This document shows positions 27,265 through 36,862 of a DNA stretch of 64,000 nucleotides, one piece after another (the first letter of the stretch is position 1; each line of letters opens with the position of its first letter). A program made the translations under genes and the position numbers. Under the pieces are notes generated by a model that had not been told where the DNA came from, searched no databases, and worked only from the letters and a program-made list of their open reading frames with translations. This DNA comes from a virus (taxonomy: Duplodnaviria > Caudoviricetes), in the IMG/VR virus record IMGVR_UViG_3300006922_000005; one strand, given 5' to 3'.

Positions 27265-29265
27265 TTATCTAATTAATTTAGCCAATTTGTCTTTAATGTA
27301 TTCTAGGTCTTCGTTCGTCTTTGCCATTGCCTTACGGACTTCGTCTGGACTCATGTCCAACTCTTTTGCTATTTCCTCATCGCTGTGGCCTTTGGCTTTA
27401 AGACTGTGCATATACTTAATGCTACCTTCTTCTACATCTTGATCATCTTCAACTTGTACCTCGTTACCTGAAAGTTTAGATACAAACTTTTCGACTAGAT
27501 CCCCTACGGAATCACCAAAACGCTTACGAGCGGAAATAACCACGCCAGTTTCACCTTTTGGAAACGCTCCAGTTTCTGTGTCATAGAATGAGCGAACAAA
27601 CTCAATGATATCTTCGGTAGATGCTTTTTCATCTTTTGGCTCTTTGTCGTCGCCTGCTAATTTCATAGCACCGTCTTTATCAATAGTTACATCTGTAGTA
27701 TCGTTATCATCTTCCATGGTCATATCACCAAAGTCTAGATCATCTAGTGCTTCAGGATCGTTTTGTTTAAGATAACGATAGATAGCGGGTCTAGCACAGG
27801 ACTCTGGGTCGCTTTCTGCTAAACTTTTTAGTTCGTTCATTAGTCCTTCGTCTTCAATAATACCTTTGAGACTGTTTATTGCATTTGTTGCATCAGGACC
27901 TACTGGTAGTGATTTGCCAATCATTTTGTTTAACATATCAATACGTTGTTTGTCTAAGGCTTCATCAATTACAGAGTCTGCCCATTCTTCAAATTCGTTT
28001 TCAGGTGTGTTACTAGATTCAAACCCTGCATCACGTTGCATATCTCTATAATTATCTGCTTGGTCGGCCATATTATCCATATAGTCCATATATACCCAGT
28101 CATTTAATTCTGGAAGTTGATATAAATCATCAATTTCTTCTTCCGGAACTTCTGAACCGTCTGTGTAATACACAGGAGCATTTAATTGATATATGCCATC
28201 ACTAACATCTTCCATGTCGTAATCTAGTTTGCCAGTATCAATTTCTTTTCCTTTAAAGATAACTTTTTCACTTTCATCTAACACATCATCTAAACTAACT
28301 GTAGTTTCAGCAACACGCTTTTGATGAATACTGTGTAGTAACGGGAACATATCTTTTAGTTCTTCATTAAATTGCGGAATTGTAAATGCATTGGTAAGAT
28401 CATTTATAATGTCTTCTCCCAATTCTTCGCCTGTACTTTCAACAGGAATAAAATTTTCTTTTGATTGTACGTAGTATCCTTGACCTTGTAATTTTTTAAG
28501 ATGTGATCTTAAGTTATCAAGTTCTAAATTACTTCCTTCAATAATATCATTTGAAGTTGTATTCATAAAATCTTTTTTACCTACGAATCTTTTAAATGCA
28601 GTAAGTTTAGCAATGTTTTCAGAAGTTGCAATAATATGTTTGCCAAAGTTGTCATGAGGGACGCCACTATTAGCAACATGTCTAGCCATTGCTCTAGCAC
28701 CTGCTAGATGAGCAAAAGGATATTTAAAACGTTCTCCTGATTCATTTTCAATAAACAAAGAACTAATATGTCTAGTTCTAGCACCTGACTGTTCTGGTGT
28801 AATTTCTTTTTTATGTCTGATAATGAGTTTTGTTTTGTCTAGTTCCTCATAACTAGATTTAGTTGTTCCGTACATTGTTGACTCCTGAACTTGTTTGTTT
28901 GCCAAGTATTGATAATCTCGTTTGTCTAAATTTGATTTTGCTATGTCTCTAGTATCAAAACCCATCATGTGCTTTTTAGCAAAGAAACGCATTTCTTTTA
29001 AAAAGTTATACCATTCGTTTTCAATAGGCTCTGGTAAGTTTTCTAACATGTTTTGACTGTAATAAACCTTTAATGATTCCGCTTCACTAATGCTAATACT
29101 AACGGCGCCTTGGTTCTCGCCATTTACAACCCAATCAAAGTCATAAAATCGTGCTTGGCCTTCATCTGATGTAGGTGCGCCATTTTCGTCTCCCATTACA
29201 ATTTTTGGAAAACGACTACGAATTTTTTCAAATAACTGTTTTGCTATGCTGTCTAATCCTGTCAT
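27265..29265 (-). CDS. large acidic hypothetical protein, probably head-associated
   Basis: 666 aa, late promoter, follows terminase. Confidence 0.7.
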   Translation of the reverse strand: MTGLDSIAKQLFEKIRSRFPKIVMGDENGAPTSDEGQARFYDFDWVVNGENQGAVSISISEAESLKVYYSQNMLENLPEPIENEWYNFLKEMRFFAKKHMMGFDTRDIAKSNLDKRDYQYLANKQVQESTMYGTTKSSYEELDKTKLIIRHKKEITPEQSGARTRHISSLFIENESGERFKYPFAHLAGARAMARHVANSGVPHDNFGKHIIATSENIAKLTAFKRFVGKKDFMNTTSNDIIEGSNLELDNLRSHLKKLQGQGYYVQSKENFIPVESTGEELGEDIINDLTNAFTIPQFNEELKDMFPLLHSIHQKRVAETTVSLDDVLDESEKVIFKGKEIDTGKLDYDMEDVSDGIYQLNAPVYYTDGSEVPEEEIDDLYQLPELNDWVYMDYMDNMADQADNYRDMQRDAGFESSNTPENEFEEWADSVIDEALDKQRIDMLNKMIGKSLPVGPDATNAINSLKGIIEDEGLMNELKSLAESDPESCARPAIYRYLKQNDPEALDDLDFGDMTMEDDNDTTDVTIDKDGAMKLAGDDKEPKDEKASTEDIIEFVRSFYDTETGAFPKGETGVVISARKRFGDSVGDLVEKFVSKLSGNEVQVEDDQDVEEGSIKYMHSLKAKGHSDEEIAKELDMSPDEVRKAMAKTNEDLEYIKDKLAKLIR

Positions 29266-29281
29266 ACTGTTATTTATGCTA

Positions 29282-30874
29282 CTAGAATGAAATAAACACA
29301 GGCATGGGCATTACGCTAGATTCAGAATCTGCATCACGCATCTTCTCATATATAGCAGGATCCCATTCTGCAAGTATCTTTTGCATACGAACATTAAGCA
29401 TAGTACTCATTACTAGATCGTCATGTTCGCCTGTTTTAGCACCAAATGTAGTGCCGTGTGCAACAAATGCTTTTAGTTCTGATATTAGTGGTTTAGATTT
29501 GATTTTAAGTTGGCCGCTTTCAAGCAGTTGTTTGAATTTAGCACATGCTGATATCTTTGTTTTATGTGTAGTATTAAATCCTTTTCTAAACTTACGAACA
29601 TGCCCTTTACGTGCAGGCTCACTTAAAAACATTCCATATATGTTTTCTTCGCCGTAGTCAGCAATTGACACTAATACTGCTTCTCCTATAGAATTATTTT
29701 CTACACTGTAATATACTTGTGGAAGTTTTTGCCCTCGGCGTTGCCCTTCTTCCATAATAGTTTTGTTAATGTCTGCAAGTATTCTTACTTGTGCTTGTAT
29801 TGGTGTAGTATTATGTTGCCATTCTGCTACTTGTTCAAAACTTGGAAGTTCAAATACCTGTATTGCGGCATAGTCACCTCCTGTACCTAAACTAGGATCT
29901 AAACTTACAACATATGTAAAGTTAGGATTAATATCTTTATACCAACGTGTTTGTCCAAATTTTCTTAAAGGATCTGCACCTTCTAGTTCTGCAAGTTTAA
30001 CACTATTAATTAATGTTTCGTCAAAGATTAAGAATTCACACTCGTGTTCACGTCTAAAACGTTCTTCACCAATACGTGATTTTTCTTCTGCGGCCCATGC
30101 TTCATCTCTATCAGGATGTTCACTCCAATGTGCAGAAAAAGCGTAGAAGCCGTTTATACCAACTTCAGTATCATTACCGTGTTCGTCAAAACGCTTCATT
30201 GCTTCTGTCCAAATAAGTGCAAACTGATCTTCATCACTGTTAGGTGTTGAAGTAATAATTGCTTTACCGCCTGTTGCTAGTGTTGGAGAAATAGCAGTCC
30301 AGAATTCTTTGGCAATAGTAGGATTAACAAACGCAAACTCATCACAATATAATAATGATATGGACATACCACGTCCAGTATTGTCTGTTGTGGTTTGTGA
30401 AACTATTCGCGAGCCGTTATCAAATTCCATTGACCCTTTGTTGTATGAAGTTACACCGCATCTAATATGATCTGGACAGTCTTCGTAAGCATAGCGAATA
30501 CGATGCATAATTTCTTGAGCACCTGCATATTTGTGAGCGGCAATAAGAACAGTTACGTCTGGATTAAACATTGCATACCATAACAAGTAACCAGCCGCTG
30601 TAGTTGACTTACCTGTTTGTCGAGGTAGCATGTTAATATTAAATCTATAACTGTGATACGAGTCTACAAGTCTTTCTTGAAACTCAAAAGGTTCAAACAA
30701 CAACTTACCTTTTGTAGGATGTTGTATGTAAAAGAAATTATCCATAAAGAATTTAGCACCAGTGTCAGGGTTTGCACATGCTCTTAGTTCTTGAACTTCT
30801 TTTTCTGTATATCTAGTCCTTGTGTGTGCTTTTTTGACAAGTACACCGTCAAGGCTTTTTGCGTTTTGTGCCAT
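29282..30874 (-). CDS. terminase large subunit (gp17-like)
   Basis: PRQTGKST, LLYCDEFAF, ITSTPN, FRREHECEF, LDPSLG, HDDLVM. Confidence 0.95.
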   Translation of the reverse strand: MAQNAKSLDGVLVKKAHTRTRYTEKEVQELRACANPDTGAKFFMDNFFYIQHPTKGKLLFEPFEFQERLVDSYHSYRFNINMLPRQTGKSTTAAGYLLWYAMFNPDVTVLIAAHKYAGAQEIMHRIRYAYEDCPDHIRCGVTSYNKGSMEFDNGSRIVSQTTTDNTGRGMSISLLYCDEFAFVNPTIAKEFWTAISPTLATGGKAIITSTPNSDEDQFALIWTEAMKRFDEHGNDTEVGINGFYAFSAHWSEHPDRDEAWAAEEKSRIGEERFRREHECEFLIFDETLINSVKLAELEGADPLRKFGQTRWYKDINPNFTYVVSLDPSLGTGGDYAAIQVFELPSFEQVAEWQHNTTPIQAQVRILADINKTIMEEGQRRGQKLPQVYYSVENNSIGEAVLVSIADYGEENIYGMFLSEPARKGHVRKFRKGFNTTHKTKISACAKFKQLLESGQLKIKSKPLISELKAFVAHGTTFGAKTGEHDDLVMSTMLNVRMQKILAEWDPAIYEKMRDADSESSVMPMPVFISF

Positions 30875-30882
30875 AATAGTAT

Positions 30883-31311
30883 TTACTTTAAAATTGAGGC
30901 GGTTTTACGTTTATTGATACTAGCATCTATTACAGTACGTAACAAATCAAAATGTGTGCTTAAACTGTCAAATAAATCAATGTTTAAGTATTCACTAGCC
31001 ATGCTATAACTACTTTTTCCTATGTTACTATAGTAAGTTATGTCTAAACCTTTATTGCGTCCGTATGAAGGGAATACGCCTGTTACAAACAAGCATGTAT
31101 CACCTAGTTGCTTTGCATTTTGTGTATATGGGCGTTGTAATTTTAAATATGATTGAGCAAATGTTTGTTGTGGCAAAAAGTCTGGCTTTTCAATGTGGCT
31201 TGCCAAAAGAAAAACAACGTACGACTCTAGTTCAACTGGAAGTTCGTAACCGTATGTTTCTTTTGCCTCACATACAACCTCGTAGAAGGCGTTGGTGTAC
31301 TCCGTCTTCAT
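30883..31311 (-). CDS. conserved hypothetical protein
   Basis: LESYVVFLLA...LGDTCLFVTGVFP...YYSNIG pattern. Confidence 0.7.
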   Translation of the reverse strand: MKTEYTNAFYEVVCEAKETYGYELPVELESYVVFLLASHIEKPDFLPQQTFAQSYLKLQRPYTQNAKQLGDTCLFVTGVFPSYGRNKGLDITYYSNIGKSSYSMASEYLNIDLFDSLSTHFDLLRTVIDASINKRKTASILK

Positions 31312-31331
31312 ACAAATATTTATTGTATTTT

Positions 31332-31664
31332 TTATAAATCGTTGTAGTAACCTTGATCATAGCGTAAATCAAATAGTTTACGTCTATCTTGTTGTATTAG
31401 TACAGGTACAGGACTAGCGAATTTTCCATAATTAGGTTCACTCCATAACCATTCGTATTCATAACTTACATTTAATTTTTTACAAAGTTTTTTAAGTCGT
31501 CTACGATTAATATCTTTAAATGTATATACTATTGCTTGATTGTTTTCTAAAGGTTCCCATGTTCCTGACCATTCGACTATTTTAATTTCGTTCTTCTTCC
31601 ATGCCACTAAACTCCACGGACATACAGGTTTTATTTTTTGGAAATATTCTGCCCAATCAATCAT
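31332..31664 (-). CDS. hypothetical protein
   Basis: 110 aa, VCPWS motif, own late promoter. Confidence 0.65.
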   Translation of the reverse strand: MIDWAEYFQKIKPVCPWSLVAWKKNEIKIVEWSGTWEPLENNQAIVYTFKDINRRRLKKLCKKLNVSYEYEWLWSEPNYGKFASPVPVLIQQDRRKLFDLRYDQGYYNDL

Positions 31665-31678
31665 ATGAATATTTAATG

Positions 31679-31705
31679 AAAAAAATAGGCGCCGTAGCGC
31701 CTATT
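31679..31705 (-). terminator. intrinsic terminator
   Basis: ATAGGCGC-TACG-GCGCCTAT plus T run. Confidence 0.85.
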
Positions 31706-31726
31706 GAATCTGTTATTATTTTTGAA

Positions 31727-31906
31727 TTATTTCTTTTTACCTTTGCCGCGTCCACGTCCTTCTGATGTTTTAACATCTTCTGATTTGCCACGTCCACGTC
31801 CAGCCATTAATTTATCTTTACCACGTCCACGTCCAGCCATAACTTTACCACGTCCAGCCATAACTTTACCACGTCCACGTCCGGCCATTACTTTGCCTCT
31901 GCCTTC
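31727..31906 (-). repeat. imperfect coding tandem repeat (GRG/GRGRG-K-x-M-A)
   Basis: repeated ccacgtccacgtccagccat(aacttta) units on the plus strand. Confidence 0.9.
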
Positions 31907-32869
31907 GCTTGTATGTTCTTTACCATCTGATAGTTCGTTCCAAAGTTCTTCTTTGAATGTATCATAAGCAGATCTTAAATTATTTTCAATTGACTCTAAA
32001 GGATTATCTCCACTCTTTGCTGGTACTTGTTTAGTTTTTCTTGTTGCCGCACCTGCATCTTTTGCATAGTCTGGATCATAACCTTTGTATGTAGGTTCTT
32101 CTTTTTCGTCACCCATTGAGTTAGCAAAACCTTCTGCAGTATCTTCGTCTTCGTTTTCAATACCTGCTAAATGTGCTAAACGTTCTTGTTCGCTATAACT
32201 CATGTCTGGCTCGCCGTCTTGGTCTAAATCAAAATCTATACCTGTATCTGTTTTTGTAACAACTGCATTATCGTCATCTTCGCAACCACAATCGTCATCG
32301 TTGTTAGCGTTAATGTCATCATCTGATTTCATCATTGGAACATTATCTGCATCTGGCATCATATCAGGTGTTACAGTTTTCATTCCTGCAAGTTTCATAA
32401 TCTGTGCAATCATCGGTAAGTCTGATTCGCTGTCAGCACTAATAGTAATTGACTCATTAACAGATTCTGCAACATCTGGAATACCATTACCATTTTCGTC
32501 TTTCCAATATGATCCTAATTCATCATGTGAATCATTTTTGCAATCACAATCTTTATCGCACTTGTGCATTTCACAACCACAATCTTCGCAAGTATAAGTT
32601 TTACCTGCCATTAATTTTTTTACTGCTGGTGGAGCAGTTCTTGATTCTTTAACATCTTCTTTTTTAAGATCGTCTTTGCCTTTACCGTCTATAGCATAAT
32701 CCGGAACCATTTTACCTGTCTTAGGATCTTTTACCATCTTCTTTTTTGCCTCTTCGACTGGAGGATTTAATTTCTCTGTATTTTCTAATGCATCTGAATG
32801 TACATTAGGATTAACTTTATCTAGATCTCTTAAACGGTCTAGTACGTCGATCATTTCACGTGATGCCAT
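31727..32869 (-). CDS. acidic modular protein with Cys-rich segment and C-terminal GRG repeats; putative internal head protein
   Basis: CEDCGCEMHKCDKDCDC segment, D/E-rich middle, (AGRGRGKVM)-like tail. Confidence 0.7.
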   Translation of the reverse strand: MASREMIDVLDRLRDLDKVNPNVHSDALENTEKLNPPVEEAKKKMVKDPKTGKMVPDYAIDGKGKDDLKKEDVKESRTAPPAVKKLMAGKTYTCEDCGCEMHKCDKDCDCKNDSHDELGSYWKDENGNGIPDVAESVNESITISADSESDLPMIAQIMKLAGMKTVTPDMMPDADNVPMMKSDDDINANNDDDCGCEDDDNAVVTKTDTGIDFDLDQDGEPDMSYSEQERLAHLAGIENEDEDTAEGFANSMGDEKEEPTYKGYDPDYAKDAGAATRKTKQVPAKSGDNPLESIENNLRSAYDTFKEELWNELSDGKEHTSEGRGKVMAGRGRGKVMAGRGKVMAGRGRGKDKLMAGRGRGKSEDVKTSEGRGRGKGKKK

Positions 32870-33378
32870 TATTCTGCTCCCTTGTGACGCTCTTTTTGTT
32901 CTTTTGCTAACTGTTGTAAAAACGTCTCTTTACCTTTTTCAGTTGCAACTAATTCATCTTTATCCACTTTAGGTGCATCTTTATATTCACCATCTAAAAG
33001 TTTATCTTCATACGGCTTATCTTCATCTCGTTCTGCTTGATATTCTTCTGTTGGTTCACCTGGTTTACGTACACGGATCATATCATCTTGCATATTAAGT
33101 ACGCTTGATAGATACGCTCTAAGTTCGTGCTGTGTAGTTGGATAGTTTACTGTTGTTTCGTATACTGTAACTTCTGTATTAGTTAATTCAGGGAAGTCTA
33201 ATGGAACACTTTGTATTGGTGTTTTCTTACCTGCAGTTAAATTTGCAACATCAAATTTCTTTAATGCTACCTCTAAACTATCTTCAAAATTTTCATCTAA
33301 AACGCCTGCAATTTTAATAACAAAGTCGTATTGCTTTGATGCTTCTGCTAGGTGTTTTTTAAATGTGCCTGCCATCAT
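32869..33378 (-). CDS. hypothetical protein (late, head region)
   Basis: 169 aa, SD GGAG, TAAATA upstream. Confidence 0.7.
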   Translation of the reverse strand: MMAGTFKKHLAEASKQYDFVIKIAGVLDENFEDSLEVALKKFDVANLTAGKKTPIQSVPLDFPELTNTEVTVYETTVNYPTTQHELRAYLSSVLNMQDDMIRVRKPGEPTEEYQAERDEDKPYEDKLLDGEYKDAPKVDKDELVATEKGKETFLQQLAKEQKERHKGAE

Positions 33379-33396
33379 ATTCTCCTTTAACTACGT

Positions 33397-33891
33397 TTAT
33401 TTATCTTGATCATTGTTTAAAATCTTATCTAAGATGGCGTTGCGATCCATAACTACATAGCCCTCAGCATCAACTGTGTCTGCATTATCACCTTGTTTTT
33501 GATCAATATTTGCTTTTTTAAGTTGTAATTCAACCATTTTAAGTTTTTTATCAAGTTTTTGACTTTTAGCATCAATAGCATTTTTAAGCATATTACTTGC
33601 TGTTTCAAAAACTCTACCCGCATAACGGGACTCAACATTCATGCCCAAATCCATTAGATCTTCATAACTTTGTTTGGCTTTCTCTGCTAGATCATCTAGT
33701 TCTTTATCTGCTAATTCTCCAAGTCCTTTTACCATGGGTAAAGCGGCAGATATTTTATCAAATTCTGCTATACTCCGCTCAAGGTTGTCAGTTTCTTTTT
33801 TGACCTCAACGACGGCTTTTGGTTCTTCAACCTGCTCCATAGTTTGTTTAACTTCTGGTAGATCTAACAATTCTTCTAATTTCTTTGTCAT
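33397..33891 (-). CDS. putative terminase small subunit (gp16-like)
   Basis: helical, YEDLMDLG...RVFETASNMLKNAIDA pattern; near gp4 and gp17. Confidence 0.5.
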   Translation of the reverse strand: MTKKLEELLDLPEVKQTMEQVEEPKAVVEVKKETDNLERSIAEFDKISAALPMVKGLGELADKELDDLAEKAKQSYEDLMDLGMNVESRYAGRVFETASNMLKNAIDAKSQKLDKKLKMVELQLKKANIDQKQGDNADTVDAEGYVVMDRNAILDKILNNDQDK

Positions 33892-33899
33892 ATTAATAC

Positions 33900-34346
33900 T
33901 TATCTTCTTTTGCCAGTGTGGAATAAATCTTTTTCAGTAACTACTCTAAATTGGATGCCTTTTTGTTTACAATACTTTGCGGCCGCTTCCCACTTTGCTT
34001 TATTTTTAATATATTGTGCTTGGTTGTAAACACTCTTTCCAACACTTTCTTTTACAGTATGATTTTCTGGTTTAATTTCAATCACTTCTGCTTTAGTTTT
34101 ACCTTTACTGTTTGCATATACAATAAAGAAGTCTGGAACATATATAGTATACTTACCGTCTAAGGGATTTCTATAAGGAATCTTGATACTTTCACTTGCC
34201 CATTTTGCAATAGCAGGATGATCATCGCACATCTTCATAAAGTGCCATTCCCAACTTGATCTATAAGTTGGAGTTTTAGTTCCTATGTATTTTTCTGGGT
34301 TCTTGAGTTCGTACCTACCACGGGCAAAGTTTCCTAATCGTGCCAT
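33900..34346 (-). CDS. head completion nuclease (gp4-like, TnsA-type fold)
   Basis: YRSSWE, WASE, YVPDF, EIKP, KAKWEAA, TEKDL. Confidence 0.9.
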   Translation of the reverse strand: MARLGNFARGRYELKNPEKYIGTKTPTYRSSWEWHFMKMCDDHPAIAKWASESIKIPYRNPLDGKYTIYVPDFFIVYANSKGKTKAEVIEIKPENHTVKESVGKSVYNQAQYIKNKAKWEAAAKYCKQKGIQFRVVTEKDLFHTGKRR

Positions 34347-34732
34347 TATGCAATGATATTCCTCTTAGCCGGGTTATCGCCTGTATCAAGTTTTGCAGTA
34401 CCTAATGCTGAAACATTTATTCTATTGATATTTAAAATTTCACCTAGTACATTATCCAATTGAGTTACTTCTAAACTTCTTAATTGGTCAAGTAATTCAA
34501 ACGGACTAACTTCGTCAAGTTTGCATTGTTTTAAAAAAATAAATGCAACACTTTTTGCCGCTGGTTCTTCCATTCCTCTTTTTAAAAAGAATGCAATGGC
34601 CGCATCACTTTCACTGGCTTTAAATTGTAGTTCTGCCTTGTTGAGTGCATCAAAATATAAAATAGAATCTTCGTTACTATCTTTCTTTTTAATTTGTACA
34701 TCCAATGGTAAGTTTGAAAAAGTTTCTTTCAT
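34346..34732 (-). CDS. hypothetical protein
   Basis: 128-aa ORF in operon. Confidence 0.65.
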   Translation of the reverse strand: MKETFSNLPLDVQIKKKDSNEDSILYFDALNKAELQFKASESDAAIAFFLKRGMEEPAAKSVAFIFLKQCKLDEVSPFELLDQLRSLEVTQLDNVLGEILNINRINVSALGTAKLDTGDNPAKRNIIA

Positions 34733-34743
34733 TATTTTTCCTA

Positions 34744-36126
34744 TTAGTTTTCTAGTGGAATAACAGTAATGATCAATTGTTCAGCACCACCACCTGGTTC
34801 CCACTCTGCAGGTTTACCGGAATTGATCCAAGCATAATAATCTGTAGTATTTAGGAACTCTGTTTTCCGTCCAGTGTTAGGATCTATAGGATCAACTATT
34901 TTTCCACCAGTAGTTGTGGTACCTTCTCCTGTGTTATTACCTGCGTTTACGCTTTTTTGAATAGTCGTAGTATCTGCAACTTCTTCTTCACCGTCTTGTT
35001 TTGTTAATGCTACTTGTGTTGCTTTAGTATCATTTACTTTATTAAGTCCAAATATTTGAACACTGTCTTCTATAGTATTTGTTATAGCACCTGTTGCAAT
35101 ACTTGATACTTCGTTTTTAATTCCTGCTTTAGTAAGTTGTTTAGCATTGTCTATTGTGTTTTTTGCTTTGATTGCAGTTCCTAGTAATGCTAGTGGATTG
35201 CTTGTTACATTTGGATCTAACAAATCACCAAACACATCAAGTCCACCTGCAACTACACCATTTTGTCCAAATAGTGTGCTACTACCTCCGCCCATGATAC
35301 TTAATGGACTTGGAGATTTATCATAATGTAATTGTGCAAAGCCATCTGGATTATCATTTCCTACTCTACCTTGAGCGTACTTGATACCTTCGTATATTAA
35401 TACCATTTGGTTTTCAGCAGGCTGACTACTTGAAGAATTTAATTGTGGTCCTTGCCAACTTTGAATTATTGGATTAATTAATGTGTACTCAAAAAAGTTA
35501 TGTCTACTTAATTGATATATACTAATTTTGTTAAAGAAGTGTCCTGGAAAATCACTGTTAATACCAAACCCTACTTTTTGACTTTGTATAGGAGATGTTC
35601 TATAAGGACCTGCACCTGATGTATTTCCGGTTGGATCATCGCCTTGTGCGTCTGCACCACCTGGTCTGCTGTAAGTTGGTTGTACTTTCAACTCTTCTGG
35701 AAATACAGAATCAGCATAATAATTTTTAAAATATTGTTGCCACATACCACTAATTAAATTTACATTATCATCATGGAATGTTATATTAATCGGAGTGTAT
35801 TGTACTTGGGTTTGAATATTAGTCTTCTTACCGTATTGATTTTTAGTTTCAGTGTTAAGTGTTACTCCTGGAACTTGACATGCTTTAACTAGCATACCTA
35901 CTTCGATGTTTGGTTCAGATTTTGACCAACCTACAGGGCCACCTGGACTACGTGCCGCGGCCTTATTAATATCAAAATGTACATGATATAAAAATTCAAC
36001 CTTGGGTGCAAGACGCATGTAATCGTCTGTAAACAATCTTGCGGCATGTTTATAATCTTTCATGTCGCCTTCAGAACCAAATATTCCTCCGACTACACTT
36101 CCTAAAAATTTAGTTACTTTGCTCAT
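34744..36126 (-). CDS. baseplate/tail-tube junction protein (tube-like fold, gp48/gp54-like)
   Basis: follows tail tube; YTPINITFHDD and YTLINPIIQSW tube-like motifs. Confidence 0.6.
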   Translation of the reverse strand: MSKVTKFLGSVVGGIFGSEGDMKDYKHAARLFTDDYMRLAPKVEFLYHVHFDINKAAARSPGGPVGWSKSEPNIEVGMLVKACQVPGVTLNTETKNQYGKKTNIQTQVQYTPINITFHDDNVNLISGMWQQYFKNYYADSVFPEELKVQPTYSRPGGADAQGDDPTGNTSGAGPYRTSPIQSQKVGFGINSDFPGHFFNKISIYQLSRHNFFEYTLINPIIQSWQGPQLNSSSSQPAENQMVLIYEGIKYAQGRVGNDNPDGFAQLHYDKSPSPLSIMGGGSSTLFGQNGVVAGGLDVFGDLLDPNVTSNPLALLGTAIKAKNTIDNAKQLTKAGIKNEVSSIATGAITNTIEDSVQIFGLNKVNDTKATQVALTKQDGEEEVADTTTIQKSVNAGNNTGEGTTTTGGKIVDPIDPNTGRKTEFLNTTDYYAWINSGKPAEWEPGGGAEQLIITVIPLEN

Positions 36127-36142
36127 ACTATTATTTAGCCAT

Positions 36143-36174
36143 AAAAAAAAGGCCGAGTTTTACCCCGGCCCTTT
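36143..36174 (-). terminator. intrinsic terminator after tail tube gene
   Basis: GGCCGGG-GTAAAA-CTCGGCC plus T8. Confidence 0.85.
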
Positions 36175-36200
36175 GTAAACAGATGACTACTAATTAGGTA

Positions 36201-36827
36201 TTAGCCTGTTGCTAAAGTTCTAATTGTTCTTCCGATAGCACTACCAATACCGTTTGGCTGACCAGCACCATTAGTTTGGATTGCGTTATCGTATTGCAGT
36301 GACATAGTAATGTCAACTGGATTTGAATCTGAGTATGTTAACTGATTGTAGTTAATGTCTTGTACAAAACAACCAACTAATTCAAATGTCTCAAGTACGC
36401 TTGGTGTGTTAGCACCGTTACCACCGTCTAAGATTTCAATTCTAGTTTTGAATTTGTAATCTATTCCGGAAGCCGCACTCGATTGTTCGAAGAAATCGAA
36501 TTGTTTCTGTAATTGTTGACCTGCACTCTTACTCACAGCGTTGTTTACATCATCACGTAATGTGATTGTAATCGGTTGCCATGTGTGTTTACCAGCATAG
36601 TAAACTTTTGAGTTGTAAACATCAATCGCAATTGATTCGAAGTTTACATTTGGTCTTGTAACATCAATTACCTGTTTTGTTAGTTCAATGTTAGGAGCCC
36701 CAGCACCAAAATTTTCAAGGCTCACTCTAAAGCGATACTTGAGTTTTGGCATCAACAAGCCTTGTGAACTTGCTGATTGGTCACTCGCCAACGGAACTGT
36801 AAATTTGCTTAAACTTGAAATAGCCAT
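36201..36827 (-). CDS. tail tube protein (gp19-like)
   Basis: PKLKYRFRV, YYAGKHTWQPITITLRDD, follows sheath. Confidence 0.88.
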   Translation of the reverse strand: MAISSLSKFTVPLASDQSASSQGLLMPKLKYRFRVSLENFGAGAPNIELTKQVIDVTRPNVNFESIAIDVYNSKVYYAGKHTWQPITITLRDDVNNAVSKSAGQQLQKQFDFFEQSSAASGIDYKFKTRIEILDGGNGANTPSVLETFELVGCFVQDINYNQLTYSDSNPVDITMSLQYDNAIQTNGAGQPNGIGSAIGRTIRTLATG

Positions 36828-36862
36828 CTAATTTGCTCCTTGTATAGTTTTATTTATCCACA

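Noticed and set aside
2540-30874. Inteins or introns in helicase, UvsW, UvsX or terminase
   Set aside because: All are of normal length with contiguous motifs; no splice-junction or LAGLIDADG signatures seen
31727-31906. CRISPR-like array
   Set aside because: Repeats are in-frame, nearly contiguous and lack unique spacers; no cas genes in the window
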